Shown: in pieces, positions 27,908 through 36,552 of the stretch | How the letters are laid out: each line of letters opens with the position of its first letter | Numbering within the stretch: position 1 is the first letter of the stretch | Origin: Candidatus Aerophobetes bacterium Ae_b3b | GTDB taxonomy: Bacteria; Aerophobota; Aerophobia; Aerophobales; AE-B3A | DNA: 64,000 nucleotides | Direction of reading: 5' to 3' | Assembly (NCBI GenBank): GCA_005223085.1 | Contig: NJBP01000004.1 | Span: 855-64,854 of the forward strand | The notes under the pieces: generated by a model | Databases searched by the model: none | What the model was told of the DNA's origin: nothing | Seen by the model: only the letters and a program-made list of their open reading frames with translations | Program-made: the position numbers and the translations under genes

Positions 27908-28447
27908 ATGAGTCTACAGGAAAAATGGGAAAGAGCTATCGGGGAAACAAAGATTTTGAGACCTCGCTTACGGAGTCTTCTAGCTTTTGAAAATACCGAA
28001 TTACCTTATACATGTTTAACCAAATCAGTAGTTAATGTGGGAGATACCGTGGTGCGAAAAGGTAAGGTGGTAGTTCATAAACCAATGATAGTTCTGCCCC
28101 GGGACCTTCCTCAATTTGAAGGTTTTGAGTTCGAAAGGGACTTTGACGAGGTAGATGAAGATGAAATTGGAAGATTCCTGCTCATGCGTGGAGTTTCCTT
28201 TCCTATGTTAAAATACAGTAATCAAACCTATACTGTCAATCTATTTGAAGGTCCATTGGGAAAAGCGATCGGTCACTTTTCCAGACAGTTAGAGAGAAAA
28301 GAGGATGTCCATTCCGGACTGATTACTGGTCCGGAAGATAGCTGGCAATTTTCGGTCTTGATCTACGTCGGAACTTTAGCCGTCAGGTCAGCCCCTCATG
28401 ATATAGAAAGACTTCTGGATTATCTCAACAAACATGGACATCGGTGA
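27908..28447 (+). CDS. hypothetical protein, first gene of the LarA-like operon
   Basis: ATG at 27908 with AGAGGA about 9 nt upstream (listed ORF starts at GTG 27854). No recognisable family. Confidence 0.5.
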   Translation: MSLQEKWERAIGETKILRPRLRSLLAFENTELPYTCLTKSVVNVGDTVVRKGKVVVHKPMIVLPRDLPQFEGFEFERDFDEVDEDEIGRFLLMRGVSFPMLKYSNQTYTVNLFEGPLGKAIGHFSRQLERKEDVHSGLITGPEDSWQFSVLIYVGTLAVRSAPHDIERLLDYLNKHGHR

Positions 28448-28465
28448 GGAGTGTAGTTACTCAAA

Positions 28466-29845
28466 ATGAAAGTAAAACTGCCCTATGGAAAAGAAAGTTT
28501 GATTTTGGATCTACCAGATGACCAGGTACAGATTATAGAACCAAAAGAATTGGAAGAAACCTCAACCACCTCGGAAACTCTGGAAAATGCATTAGAAAAA
28601 CCTTTGGCTGGTTCAAAATTGAAGGACATGGTGAGGAACCAAAAAGTGTGTGCTCTGGTCGAGGATAGTACCAGAAACGAGCCTCATTGGCACCAAATCG
28701 AGGCCAGTGCAAAACGGCTAAAAGGAGCAAAGCATATTCAATACATAATTACGACCGGTTCTCACGATCCAGAAACTAAGGGAAATCTTGAGGTTGTGGG
28801 AATTATCAAAGAGATTGCAAAAAGATACCGTCTTAACCATACCATTTTGATTCATGATTGTGAAAGACCTACTGTAACGGTAGGTACAACCACCCGAGGG
28901 ACAAAAGTTGAAGTTGACCCGGAACTCTTAAAAGTGGAAGTCTTTTTTGTTACCACTAACATGAAGAATCACTATTTTGCGGGCTATTGTAATGCTATTA
29001 AAAACTTTCTTCCCGGGTGTTGTTCCTTTGAAACAATAGAAGCTAATCACAGACTTGCCTTAGAAAGGGAGGCATCTTTTGGCAGGCATCCCTGGCATTA
29101 TGATCCCGAACGACGTTCCAATCCGGTTGCTGAAGATATGTTAGAGGCCATGGATCTTATCAGCCAAGGTAGGAGAGTGTACACCATGGCTACCATTGGT
29201 AGCAAAAGACTCATCTGGGCTGCAGCGGGTGACGTTGAAACTGTAACCAGGGAAGGCATCAGAGTGGTAGACCAAACAACTAGTTTCTATCTAAAACCCA
29301 GCAAATATTCTATCGTCTCCCCGGGTGGTTATCCTGACGATGAAACTCTCTACGCTTCTCAGAGGGGACTTGATCTAGTAAATAATGCCATTCTTGATAA
29401 AGGAGAGATTATCTGGTTAGCCGCTTGTGACGGTGGATATCAAGGTCTGGCTCCTAGTGAAAAGGCCAAAAAAAATTTTTATGATTCCCTAACTCTGGAC
29501 AAATCGAAAGATGCGCTTGCCCCTGAAATCAAGAAGAACTACAGATTGTTCAAGCAGAAAGCTTATAAAATGGCAAGAATCATTGGGCGAGTAAATAGAG
29601 TCTGGCTATATTCCAAGCTTGATGAAAGAACAGTTCGGGCAGCTCATTTAAATCCTACAAAAAATCCACAGAAAATCATCGACCAATGGATTAGAGATAA
29701 TTCTCAGGAGACGATCTTAGTATTTAAAGATGCCAATAAACTAGCTATATACAATGCTCACCTAACCAAAAAAGAAGCTGAAGTTTCAAAATCCTTGTTT
29801 CCTAGAGTAGCGCCTGCAAATCAGAGTGATGGGAACCGATTCTAG
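28466..29845 (+). CDS. LarA-like (DUF2088, lactate racemase N-terminal domain family) protein
   Basis: The N-terminus VKLPYGKESLILDLPDD..., ...IITTGSHDP... and ...NHYFAGY... resemble nickel-pincer-dependent LarA homologs. 459 aa. Confidence 0.65.
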   Translation: MKVKLPYGKESLILDLPDDQVQIIEPKELEETSTTSETLENALEKPLAGSKLKDMVRNQKVCALVEDSTRNEPHWHQIEASAKRLKGAKHIQYIITTGSHDPETKGNLEVVGIIKEIAKRYRLNHTILIHDCERPTVTVGTTTRGTKVEVDPELLKVEVFFVTTNMKNHYFAGYCNAIKNFLPGCCSFETIEANHRLALEREASFGRHPWHYDPERRSNPVAEDMLEAMDLISQGRRVYTMATIGSKRLIWAAAGDVETVTREGIRVVDQTTSFYLKPSKYSIVSPGGYPDDETLYASQRGLDLVNNAILDKGEIIWLAACDGGYQGLAPSEKAKKNFYDSLTLDKSKDALAPEIKKNYRLFKQKAYKMARIIGRVNRVWLYSKLDERTVRAAHLNPTKNPQKIIDQWIRDNSQETILVFKDANKLAIYNAHLTKKEAEVSKSLFPRVAPANQSDGNRF

Positions 29846-29856
29846 AGGAGAAAGAT

Positions 29857-30615
29857 ATGAGTGAGGATATTAGTCCGGCTATGGAAGGATGGGAATACCG
29901 GCCAGATAAGGTGACCGCAAGAAAAATAAAGGGAAGGAACGCAAAGGACAAAATTCAGATGAGGATAGAACTCGGTCTTCTCCAAATGGAAGCAGAGGGT
30001 AGACCCGATGGAAAAAGGCCTTATGGTAAAGAGTCTTTACTGGATTATCATCTATCACGATTAGAACAATATAAAACCAGCCATGGCACCACCCGGGGAT
30101 TTGAGTTGAGTAAGAGCGATTGTGAAAAGCTGTACGAGGAAGCTGTCCAATATTATCACCGCTACCTCAGCCTATTTTCGTTAAAAGATTATCCAGGAGT
30201 CATAAGGGATACCGACCGCAATCTCAGAGCACACAATTTGGTTTTAAGATACGCCGCCGATGAGCGATATAAAACAGCTTTTAGCCGCTACATACCCTAT
30301 ATAATAATGATGAATACCAAGGCAAAAGCATCGATCAGTTTAGAAAAAAAAGATTACGAGAAAGCCTTAAAGCAAACAAAGCTGGGAATGGAAAGAATTG
30401 ATGACTTTTTCCAAAGTTTGGATCAGTCAGAATTATCCAAAGAAAGTGAGGAGATAGAATCACTGAGAGAACTAGCACAAGAAATCAGAAAGAAGAAACC
30501 GCTTACGCACTTGGAAGAATTGAACATAGAGTTAGAAGAGGCTGTCAGAAGAGAAAATTTTGAAGAGGCGGCCCGACTCCGGGATGAAATAAAAGAGCTG
30601 CAAGGCAAAAATTAA
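29857..30615 (+). CDS. UvrB/UvrC (UVR)-motif-containing protein of unknown function
   Basis: The C-terminal EEAVRRENFEEAARLRDEIKELQ is a canonical UVR motif. The N-terminal ~200 aa are unassigned. The gap to the upstream gene is 12 nt. Confidence 0.6.
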   Translation: MSEDISPAMEGWEYRPDKVTARKIKGRNAKDKIQMRIELGLLQMEAEGRPDGKRPYGKESLLDYHLSRLEQYKTSHGTTRGFELSKSDCEKLYEEAVQYYHRYLSLFSLKDYPGVIRDTDRNLRAHNLVLRYAADERYKTAFSRYIPYIIMMNTKAKASISLEKKDYEKALKQTKLGMERIDDFFQSLDQSELSKESEEIESLRELAQEIRKKKPLTHLEELNIELEEAVRRENFEEAARLRDEIKELQGKN

Positions 30616-30687
30616 AGCTATCTTATTGGCTCTCCTACCAGTAGTCAACAACCAAATAAGCCAATCTTATCTTACGGTAGTGGAATC

Positions 30688-31452
30688 TCAATGTTCACCG
30701 GAGAATTTTTTGTCTTTTAAAGTCTCGGAACCTTTTGAATTCCGCGGTCCCAAGATAAGTCCGCCACAATGATTTACCCCCTGAGTGAGGAAATGCTTTA
30801 AACTCAAAAAGACATTAAAAAAGGTAAGTCTCAAGGGGTGGGTGACTATCTGGATTCTTTTTTTTCTAATGGCGTCAATGACAGCCTCGGGGGTCTTCTC
30901 TGCATCAATAAGAGAGTAGGTCAAGCCTACTTGATGAAGAAGATGGGCGTCGGAAACCCCTATCAGAGGAAGGTTAAACTCGGTTGCTTTTCTTTCAGCT
31001 TTTTTGTTATAGTTAATTCTGCGGAAATAGAAATGAGTGTATTCTATAGCATCAAAAATATCGGTATACTCTTCCAACTTTGACTTTAGCGCCTGATACA
31101 TGGGAAAGTAAGGATGGGGAGCTACCACTAAACTACCCTCGTTTTTATAATGCCTTAGGTCTTGTAGGCTTTGAATCTTTTGGGGAAGATTATCGGTGAT
31201 ATTCAGCAGTACAATGTGTTTTTCTTGTACAGAAAGCTCAATCCCGGGAATCAAAAGAATCCCTTTGCTGGCAGCGTAGTCTCTCAAATAATCATTATAG
31301 GTATAAAAATCGTGGTTGGTAATAGCAAGCACATCAAAGCCCTTCTGAGATGCATAATCAATCAATTGCCTGGCTGAATATCTGACTTTATCTTTAGGGT
31401 CCTCGCTAGTATGTAGGTGTAGATCAGCTTTTAATCTTCTATGAGTCATCAT
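30688..31452 (-). CDS. PHP-domain metal-dependent phosphoesterase
   Basis: Motifs ADLHLHTSED..., ...AITNHD..., ...GVSDAH.... 254 aa. Confidence 0.75.
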   Translation of the reverse strand: MMTHRRLKADLHLHTSEDPKDKVRYSARQLIDYASQKGFDVLAITNHDFYTYNDYLRDYAASKGILLIPGIELSVQEKHIVLLNITDNLPQKIQSLQDLRHYKNEGSLVVAPHPYFPMYQALKSKLEEYTDIFDAIEYTHFYFRRINYNKKAERKATEFNLPLIGVSDAHLLHQVGLTYSLIDAEKTPEAVIDAIRKKRIQIVTHPLRLTFFNVFLSLKHFLTQGVNHCGGLILGPRNSKGSETLKDKKFSGEH

Positions 31453-31734
31453 TTCCTAATCTCCAAAAGAAAAGCCTGATGAGGATCCATAGAACCACCA
31501 AATCTCACCATCTTTTTCCAGATTTTGTCAACAAGGGATTTTTTGCCCACACTCACTCCTGCAATGATATCGCTATGTCCGTTAAGATATTTAGAAGCAC
31601 TATGAACAACCAGGTCAATTCCCCAGTTCAAGGGGCGAAGATTATAAGGGGTCAGGTGTCACTACCGCCTTGGTTACCTCATCAATGTATTCCCCTGCAT
31701 GAACAGAAACTGTGGAGATCCCTTTAAATCTCAT
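31449..31734 (-). pseudogene. remnant of a Cys/Met-metabolism PLP enzyme (cystathionine gamma-synthase/beta-lyase/OAH sulfhydrylase family) with internal deletion, frameshift and C-terminal truncation
   Basis: ATG at 31734 with AAGGAG RBS gives MRFKGISTVSVHAGEYIDEVTKAVVTPDPL* (family N-terminus). A second frame gives ...NLRPLNWGIDLVVHSASKYLNGHSDIIAGV...MDPHQAFLL (PLP-lysine region), then stops at the PHP gene start (ATGA overlap). By comparison with typical family members, roughly 150 residues in the middle and the C-terminal third are absent. Confidence 0.65.
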
Positions 31735-31971
31735 GGTCTTTCTCCTTTATATTTATGCCAGGCTAGCTTCATATTTTACTTGTCTCTTTTGAATACGATA
31801 AAGTCATTTGGACTTTCTGAGTAGCCGGCTTCAAACTAATAAAGTCTCTTTCTTCCCTAAATTTCTTTCCCATCGAAGTGAACCTAACGAGTTCTGTCCC
31901 CAGTCTTTTAGGAATTGGGAGTTCCAAAGTTTACCAGATTTTTAAGAGGGGTCAACCACGCCGCACCCCTC

Positions 31972-32015
31972 TTGACAATTTATTTTTTTGTGCTATTATT
32001 TAACCAAGTTAAATA
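31972..32015 (+). promoter_or_regulatory. marR-like gene promoter with overlapping 19-bp palindromic operator
   Basis: TTGACA (31972-31977), 16-nt spacer, TATTAT (31994-31999). The palindrome TATTTAAC-caa-GTTAAATA (31997-32015) overlaps the -10 box and the likely TSS. Confidence 0.5.
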
Positions 32016-32030
32016 ATTTCGGAAGAAAAG

Positions 32031-32576
32031 ATGGAACGTTATCTGTTAGAGTTAGAAAGACTGATGGATCTTTTCAGCCGATTAATTAATATGACCACCT
32101 TGGAGACATTGACATACTTAAGGGAGTATCATCTCACTGTATCTCAGCTAAGGGGTTTGAGATTTCTTAAACAACATGAGGATTGTCTGGTAGGAGATTT
32201 AGCCAATGGCCTGGCGGTAAGTTACCCGGCGGCCAGTAAACTCATAAACAGGCTTATCGATAGAGGACTCAGTCAGCGAAGGGACGATGAAACCGACCGA
32301 AGAAATACCAGACTAAGAGTTACCCTTAAAGGAGGAGAGGTGTTGGAAATTATAGAAGAGAAAAGACAAAGAGAGATAGCTCAGGTCTTCTTGAGACTAA
32401 AGGGGGATGAGCAAAGATTTCTAACTCAAGGATTAAAAAGGTTCCTTGAGGCTGCCTTATCAGATGAAGCAATCATTGACAAGATATGTTTACATTGCGG
32501 AACTGATCATTTTGATGATTGTTTAATCAATAAATTAAATCTAATTAGAGCTGGTGGTAAATTGGGAAAGATTTAG
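32031..32576 (+). CDS. MarR-family transcriptional regulator with C-terminal Cys/His cluster
   Basis: Winged-helix region LTVSQLRGLRFLKQHEDCLVGDLANGLAVSYPAASKLINRLIDRGL..R..DETDRR. The C-terminal tail is C153-x2-C156-x3-H160-x3-C164. Confidence 0.75.
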   Translation: MERYLLELERLMDLFSRLINMTTLETLTYLREYHLTVSQLRGLRFLKQHEDCLVGDLANGLAVSYPAASKLINRLIDRGLSQRRDDETDRRNTRLRVTLKGGEVLEIIEEKRQREIAQVFLRLKGDEQRFLTQGLKRFLEAALSDEAIIDKICLHCGTDHFDDCLINKLNLIRAGGKLGKI

Positions 32577-32592
32577 AAAAAAAACGAAAGAG

Positions 32593-32674
32593 AATTTTCC
32601 TCTGGGGAAAATGGGGCAAGGTAGCCGCAACCTTTAGGTTGCGCTTGTTTACGCAGGCTAAAGCCTGCGACTAC
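32593..32674 (+). other. cluster of stem-loops between marR-like gene and clpC
   Basis: First hairpin ATTTTCC-tctgg-GGAAAAT (32593-32611). Then a 56-nt element (32619-32674) with outer helix GGTAG/CTACC enclosing twin 7-bp hairpins CGCAACC-ttta-GGTTGCG and CGCAGGC-taaa-GCCTGCG. Confidence 0.5.
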
Positions 32675-32732
32675 CAGATTATAGATGGACAAGCGGGAAA
32701 GAAAAACGTAAAGACTTAAAAGGAGATTAATT

Positions 32733-35183
32733 ATGTTTAGTAGATTCACTGAACAAGCAAAACGAGCCATCTTATTGGCTCAAGAAGAAGCCAATAGATT
32801 AAATCATGGTTATCTGGGAACCGAACATATCCTTCTAGGGTTGATCCGGGAAAATGAAGGAATAGCTGCTAATGTTTTAAAGAACTCAGGAATAGATCTG
32901 GCCCGAGTTCGTCAGGCGGTGACAAACGCGGTAGGCAGAGGTCAGGAAGCTTCATTCCTGGGACAGATTCCTCTTACTTTGCGGGCCAATAAAGCCTTAC
33001 AGTTAGCCGCGAAAGAGGCAAGACAATTGGGACACAACTATCTAGGGACTGAACATCTTCTCTTAGGATTGACCAAAGACAAGGAGAGTCTGGCTGCCCA
33101 AATTCTTATGGGTTTAGGAGTGGATCTGGACCAGCTAAGGCAGGAGGTAATTAACCAGCTGGGAGAGCTGCCGTCTTCGGCAGCCAAGGTAACCGGATCT
33201 AGCAAAACTCCAGCTCTGGATCGATTCGGTCGTGATCTTACCCGGCTAGCTAAGGAAGGAAAGTTGGATCCAGTCATTGGAAGGGAAAAAGAGATTGAGC
33301 GGATAACCCAGATCCTCTGCCGGCGCACCAAAAACAATCCGGTCCTCATTGGCGAAGCGGGGGTAGGTAAGACTGCCGTGGTTGAGGGCCTGGCGCAAAA
33401 AATAGTGGAAGGTTCTGTTCCTGAGGTTCTTTTAGACAAACGAGTGGTGACTATTGAACTGGGAGGAATGGTAGCCGGGACCAAATATCGAGGGGAGTTC
33501 GAGAAACGGCTGGAGCTGGTGTTAAACGAAATCAGGAAGGTCAAGAACATTATCCTCTTTGTGGATGAGGTACACACTCTGGTAGGAGCAGGAGCAGCAG
33601 AGGGAGCTATAGACGCCTCAAATATGCTCAAGCCTTCTCTGGCCAGAGGAGAATTTCAGTGTATTGGGGCAACCACTCTCAATGAGTATCGCAAATACGT
33701 GGAAAAAGATGAGGCACTGGAGAGGAGATTTCAGACGGTGCTGGTGGGTGAGCCTACGATTGAACAGACCATTGAGATTCTTAAAGGCCTGAGGCCTAAA
33801 TATGAGGAATTTCACCGGGTAAAGATAATCGATGACGCTCTAGTGGCAGCGACTAATCACTCTCATCGCTACATTCAAGGAAGATTCCTTCCCGATAAGG
33901 CTATTGACGTAATAGACGAAGCTGCGGCAAGGGTAAGAATGCGGAGTGGTTCCTCAGGTCAGCTTAAGAAAATAGAAAAGAGACTGCAAGAGATCGAAAA
34001 AGAAAAACAATTGGCGGTGAAGAAACAGGAATTTGAAAGAGCAGCACATCTTCGGGACGAGGAGAAGAATCTACAGCAGGTGGTTTCTAAGGAAAAAGCT
34101 CAACTTCAAAAAGGAAAGGGTGAGAAGGAAAAAAAGCCTCAAGTTACCCCCAAGGATGTGGCTCACATCATTGCCAGTTGGACCAATATCCATGTAGAGG
34201 ATCTCACTGAGGCTGAATCGACAAGGCTTCTTGGCATGGAAGAGACTCTCCATAAACGAATAGTTGGCCAGGATGAAGCGATAACCGCACTCTCTCAGTC
34301 CATCCGTCGAGCGCGAGCAGGAGTGAAGAATATCAAAAGACCTCTGGGCGTCTTTATTTTCATAGGTCCTACTGGAGTAGGCAAAACCTACCTGGCCCGT
34401 AATTTAGCCCAGTTCCTCTTCGGAGATGAGGATGCCCTGATCAGGTTGGATATGTCTGAATATATGGAGAGGTTCAACGTCTCTCGGCTTATTGGTGCTC
34501 CTCCCGGTTATGTAGGATACCAGGAAGGGGGTGAGCTCACCGAGAAGGTTAGACGTCGTCCCTATTCGGTAATTTTGCTGGACGAAATTGAAAAAGCTCA
34601 CCCAGATGTATTCAATATCCTCCTTCAAGTCATGGAAGACGGGAGACTATCAGACAATTTAGGCCACGCAGTAGACTTCAGGAATACCGTTTTAATTATG
34701 ACCTCCAATTTGGCAACCGAACAGATCACTACCGAAGGAAGTCTCGGATTTCAGGCCAAAAATAAGGCAGCTTTATCCCATCAGGAAATCAAAAGTAAAG
34801 TAACATCTGAACTAAAGAGAAACTTCCGTCCGGAATTCTTAAACCGGGTGGACGAGGTGATTGTCTTTCACTCCTTGATAAAAAAGGAGATCAAGAAAAT
34901 CCTAGACTTGATGCTCAATGAAGTTAAGGAGCTTCTTAAGGAAAAGGAGATCAAGCTGGAGCTCACCGAGGAGGCAAAGGATCTGATTGCCAAGGAGGGG
35001 TATGATCCCGATTTTGGAGCTCGACCCTTAAGGAGAGCCATCCAGAGGTTGATTGAGAATCCTCTGTCCGAGAAGATCCTGGAGGGAAAATTCAAGCAAG
35101 GAGATACTGTCACCGTCGAAATAAAAGAAGGAAATGTTGTCCTCAAGAAAAAAGAGGAACTTGCGGGAGCGCTTAGTAGATAG
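32733..35183 (+). CDS. clpC: ATP-dependent Clp protease ATP-binding subunit ClpC
   Basis: Two Clp_N repeats, two AAA+ modules (GEAGVGKT, GPTGVGKT), and a short middle domain with UVR-like FERAAHLRDEEKNLQ. 816 aa. RBS AAAGGAG. Confidence 0.9.
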   Translation: MFSRFTEQAKRAILLAQEEANRLNHGYLGTEHILLGLIRENEGIAANVLKNSGIDLARVRQAVTNAVGRGQEASFLGQIPLTLRANKALQLAAKEARQLGHNYLGTEHLLLGLTKDKESLAAQILMGLGVDLDQLRQEVINQLGELPSSAAKVTGSSKTPALDRFGRDLTRLAKEGKLDPVIGREKEIERITQILCRRTKNNPVLIGEAGVGKTAVVEGLAQKIVEGSVPEVLLDKRVVTIELGGMVAGTKYRGEFEKRLELVLNEIRKVKNIILFVDEVHTLVGAGAAEGAIDASNMLKPSLARGEFQCIGATTLNEYRKYVEKDEALERRFQTVLVGEPTIEQTIEILKGLRPKYEEFHRVKIIDDALVAATNHSHRYIQGRFLPDKAIDVIDEAAARVRMRSGSSGQLKKIEKRLQEIEKEKQLAVKKQEFERAAHLRDEEKNLQQVVSKEKAQLQKGKGEKEKKPQVTPKDVAHIIASWTNIHVEDLTEAESTRLLGMEETLHKRIVGQDEAITALSQSIRRARAGVKNIKRPLGVFIFIGPTGVGKTYLARNLAQFLFGDEDALIRLDMSEYMERFNVSRLIGAPPGYVGYQEGGELTEKVRRRPYSVILLDEIEKAHPDVFNILLQVMEDGRLSDNLGHAVDFRNTVLIMTSNLATEQITTEGSLGFQAKNKAALSHQEIKSKVTSELKRNFRPEFLNRVDEVIVFHSLIKKEIKKILDLMLNEVKELLKEKEIKLELTEEAKDLIAKEGYDPDFGARPLRRAIQRLIENPLSEKILEGKFKQGDTVTVEIKEGNVVLKKKEELAGALSR

Positions 35184-35196
35184 ATATAAAACCAAT

Positions 35197-35229
35197 GGCC
35201 CTCCTGGCACTATCAAGCCCAGGAGGGCC
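35197..35229 (+). terminator. stem-loop after clpC (possible terminator)
   Basis: GGCCCTCCTGG (35197-35207), 11-nt loop, CCAGGAGGGCC (35219-35229). It lies 14 nt after the clpC stop, and the T-tract is weak. Confidence 0.45.
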
Positions 35230-35381
35230 AACTTAATTTGCTCCTTCTTACTCTACCCATTGACTAAAAGCTTACAAAAATCGTGCTTCCCTACCTTTAT
35301 ATCAAAAGACTCCGTTTTTTGTCGACTTTCCCCTAAAAAAGCAAAATCCATCTACAATTTTTCGAGTTCAATACCCCCCAC

Positions 35382-35409
35382 TTGACACTTAGAAATTTTC
35401 GATTATAAT
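35382..35409 (+). promoter_or_regulatory. consensus sigma70 promoter of the SorC-family regulator gene
   Basis: TTGACA (35382-35387), 16-nt spacer, TATAAT (35404-35409). Confidence 0.55.
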
Positions 35410-35478
35410 AAGAATATGTTCAATATTTGAGAAAATGCTCAAAATCTAGAGAGCCTTAGTCTAGAGACCGCTGGTTCG

Positions 35479-36417
35479 ATGACAGACTTAATAACGAGAA
35501 TAGCTTGGCTGTACTATAAAGAAGGATTGAAAGAGACTCAAATTGCTAGTATGCTGGATCTATCACGGAGCAAGGTAGGTCGTTTACTTCAGAAGGCTCG
35601 CCAGGACGGAATTGTTCACTTCCAGGTGCTCGGGACTACCAGCAATTGCCTAGAGATCGAGAAAAAACTCATTGACTTATTTGATTTGCAGGACGCAGTA
35701 GTAGTTCCCACAGTTTCAGAAAATAAGATTAAAGAGAGTTTAGCCAAGGCAGCCGCTCAATACCTCGAGAGACATCTCCCCAGTGGAAGCCTCTTTGCGG
35801 TAGGTTGGGGAATCACCATATCCGAAGTGCCTAAATTTATTCGCTCGCAAGAAATCCGCGATCTCAGAATAGTCACCCTTAATGGAGGACTTACCCCTTC
35901 ATTTTATCTAAATCCCTACGACGTTGGGAGCAGGCTGGCCTATATCCTTGGAGGAGAGTGTTACTATGTTCACGCTCCTGCCATAACCACATCCGAGCAT
36001 CTGTGTCGCTCCCTTAAAGCCGATGCTACCGTAGAGCAGGCTCTGGAGATGGCCAAACACGCTGATTACTTTATGGTGGGCATCGGTAGGGCCGGTGCTG
36101 AGTCGACCTTGGTTAAGATGAGATATCTTAATCTAGGAGAAACCGAAGCTCTACGTCAACAAGGTGCCGTGGGGGATATCCTGGGCCAGTTTTTCAATGT
36201 CCAGGGTGAAAAAGTTAACTGTGACCTCCACAAAAGAATTGTAGGCTTTCCCATCGAGGATTTGAGCAAAATGAAAAATGTGATCGGACTGGCCGGGGGA
36301 ATAGCTAAAGCAGAGGCCATCCTAGGAGCACTCCATGGCATGTACATTAAGATCCTCATCACCGACGAGAAGACGGCCGAGTCCCTGATAAATCTTGAGC
36401 AAAGATCAGCTTCTTGA
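35479..36417 (+). CDS. SorC/DeoR-type sugar-binding transcriptional regulator
   Basis: N-terminal HTH IAWLYYKEGLKETQIASMLDLSRSKVGRLLQKARQDGIV followed by a sugar-phosphate-binding domain (...VGWG.T...). Confidence 0.85.
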   Translation: MTDLITRIAWLYYKEGLKETQIASMLDLSRSKVGRLLQKARQDGIVHFQVLGTTSNCLEIEKKLIDLFDLQDAVVVPTVSENKIKESLAKAAAQYLERHLPSGSLFAVGWGITISEVPKFIRSQEIRDLRIVTLNGGLTPSFYLNPYDVGSRLAYILGGECYYVHAPAITTSEHLCRSLKADATVEQALEMAKHADYFMVGIGRAGAESTLVKMRYLNLGETEALRQQGAVGDILGQFFNVQGEKVNCDLHKRIVGFPIEDLSKMKNVIGLAGGIAKAEAILGALHGMYIKILITDEKTAESLINLEQRSAS

Positions 36418-36552
36418 AATTAGATCTTTTTTGTTAGTTGAACACTTATTTCATTGGGTAGTCCAAGAGCATGAGAAGAAAGGAGGTGAAAAAGAGAATA
36501 AAGAGGCGTAAAGTGGAAAAATAAGTTCATTGACGAAAGGGAGGTAAATCAG

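Noticed and set aside
32619-32674. A hairpin-rich 56-mer considered as a degenerate CRISPR repeat or array.
   Set aside because: There is a single occurrence, with no repeat-spacer periodicity and no cas genes in the window.
33038-33631. Long antisense ORFs inside well-supported genes: 33038..33631 in clpC, 54328..54807 in the rnfC-like gene, 50767..51225 in the Zn-ADH gene, 59284..59742 in deoC, 60100..60570 in a permease gene, 62396..62815 in the SBP gene, 4313..4720 in metVF, and many 60-100-aa ORFs.
   Set aside because: They lie opposite genes with clear family motifs. Their sequences are low-complexity or Ser/Pro/Arg-rich, they lack RBSs, and they are typical shadow ORFs.
35460-35482. 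A GGTTCGAT string resembling a tRNA T-arm.
   Set aside because: It spans the RBS and start region of the SorC regulator gene, and no acceptor or anticodon arms can be drawn. No tRNA was detected elsewhere in the window by eye.
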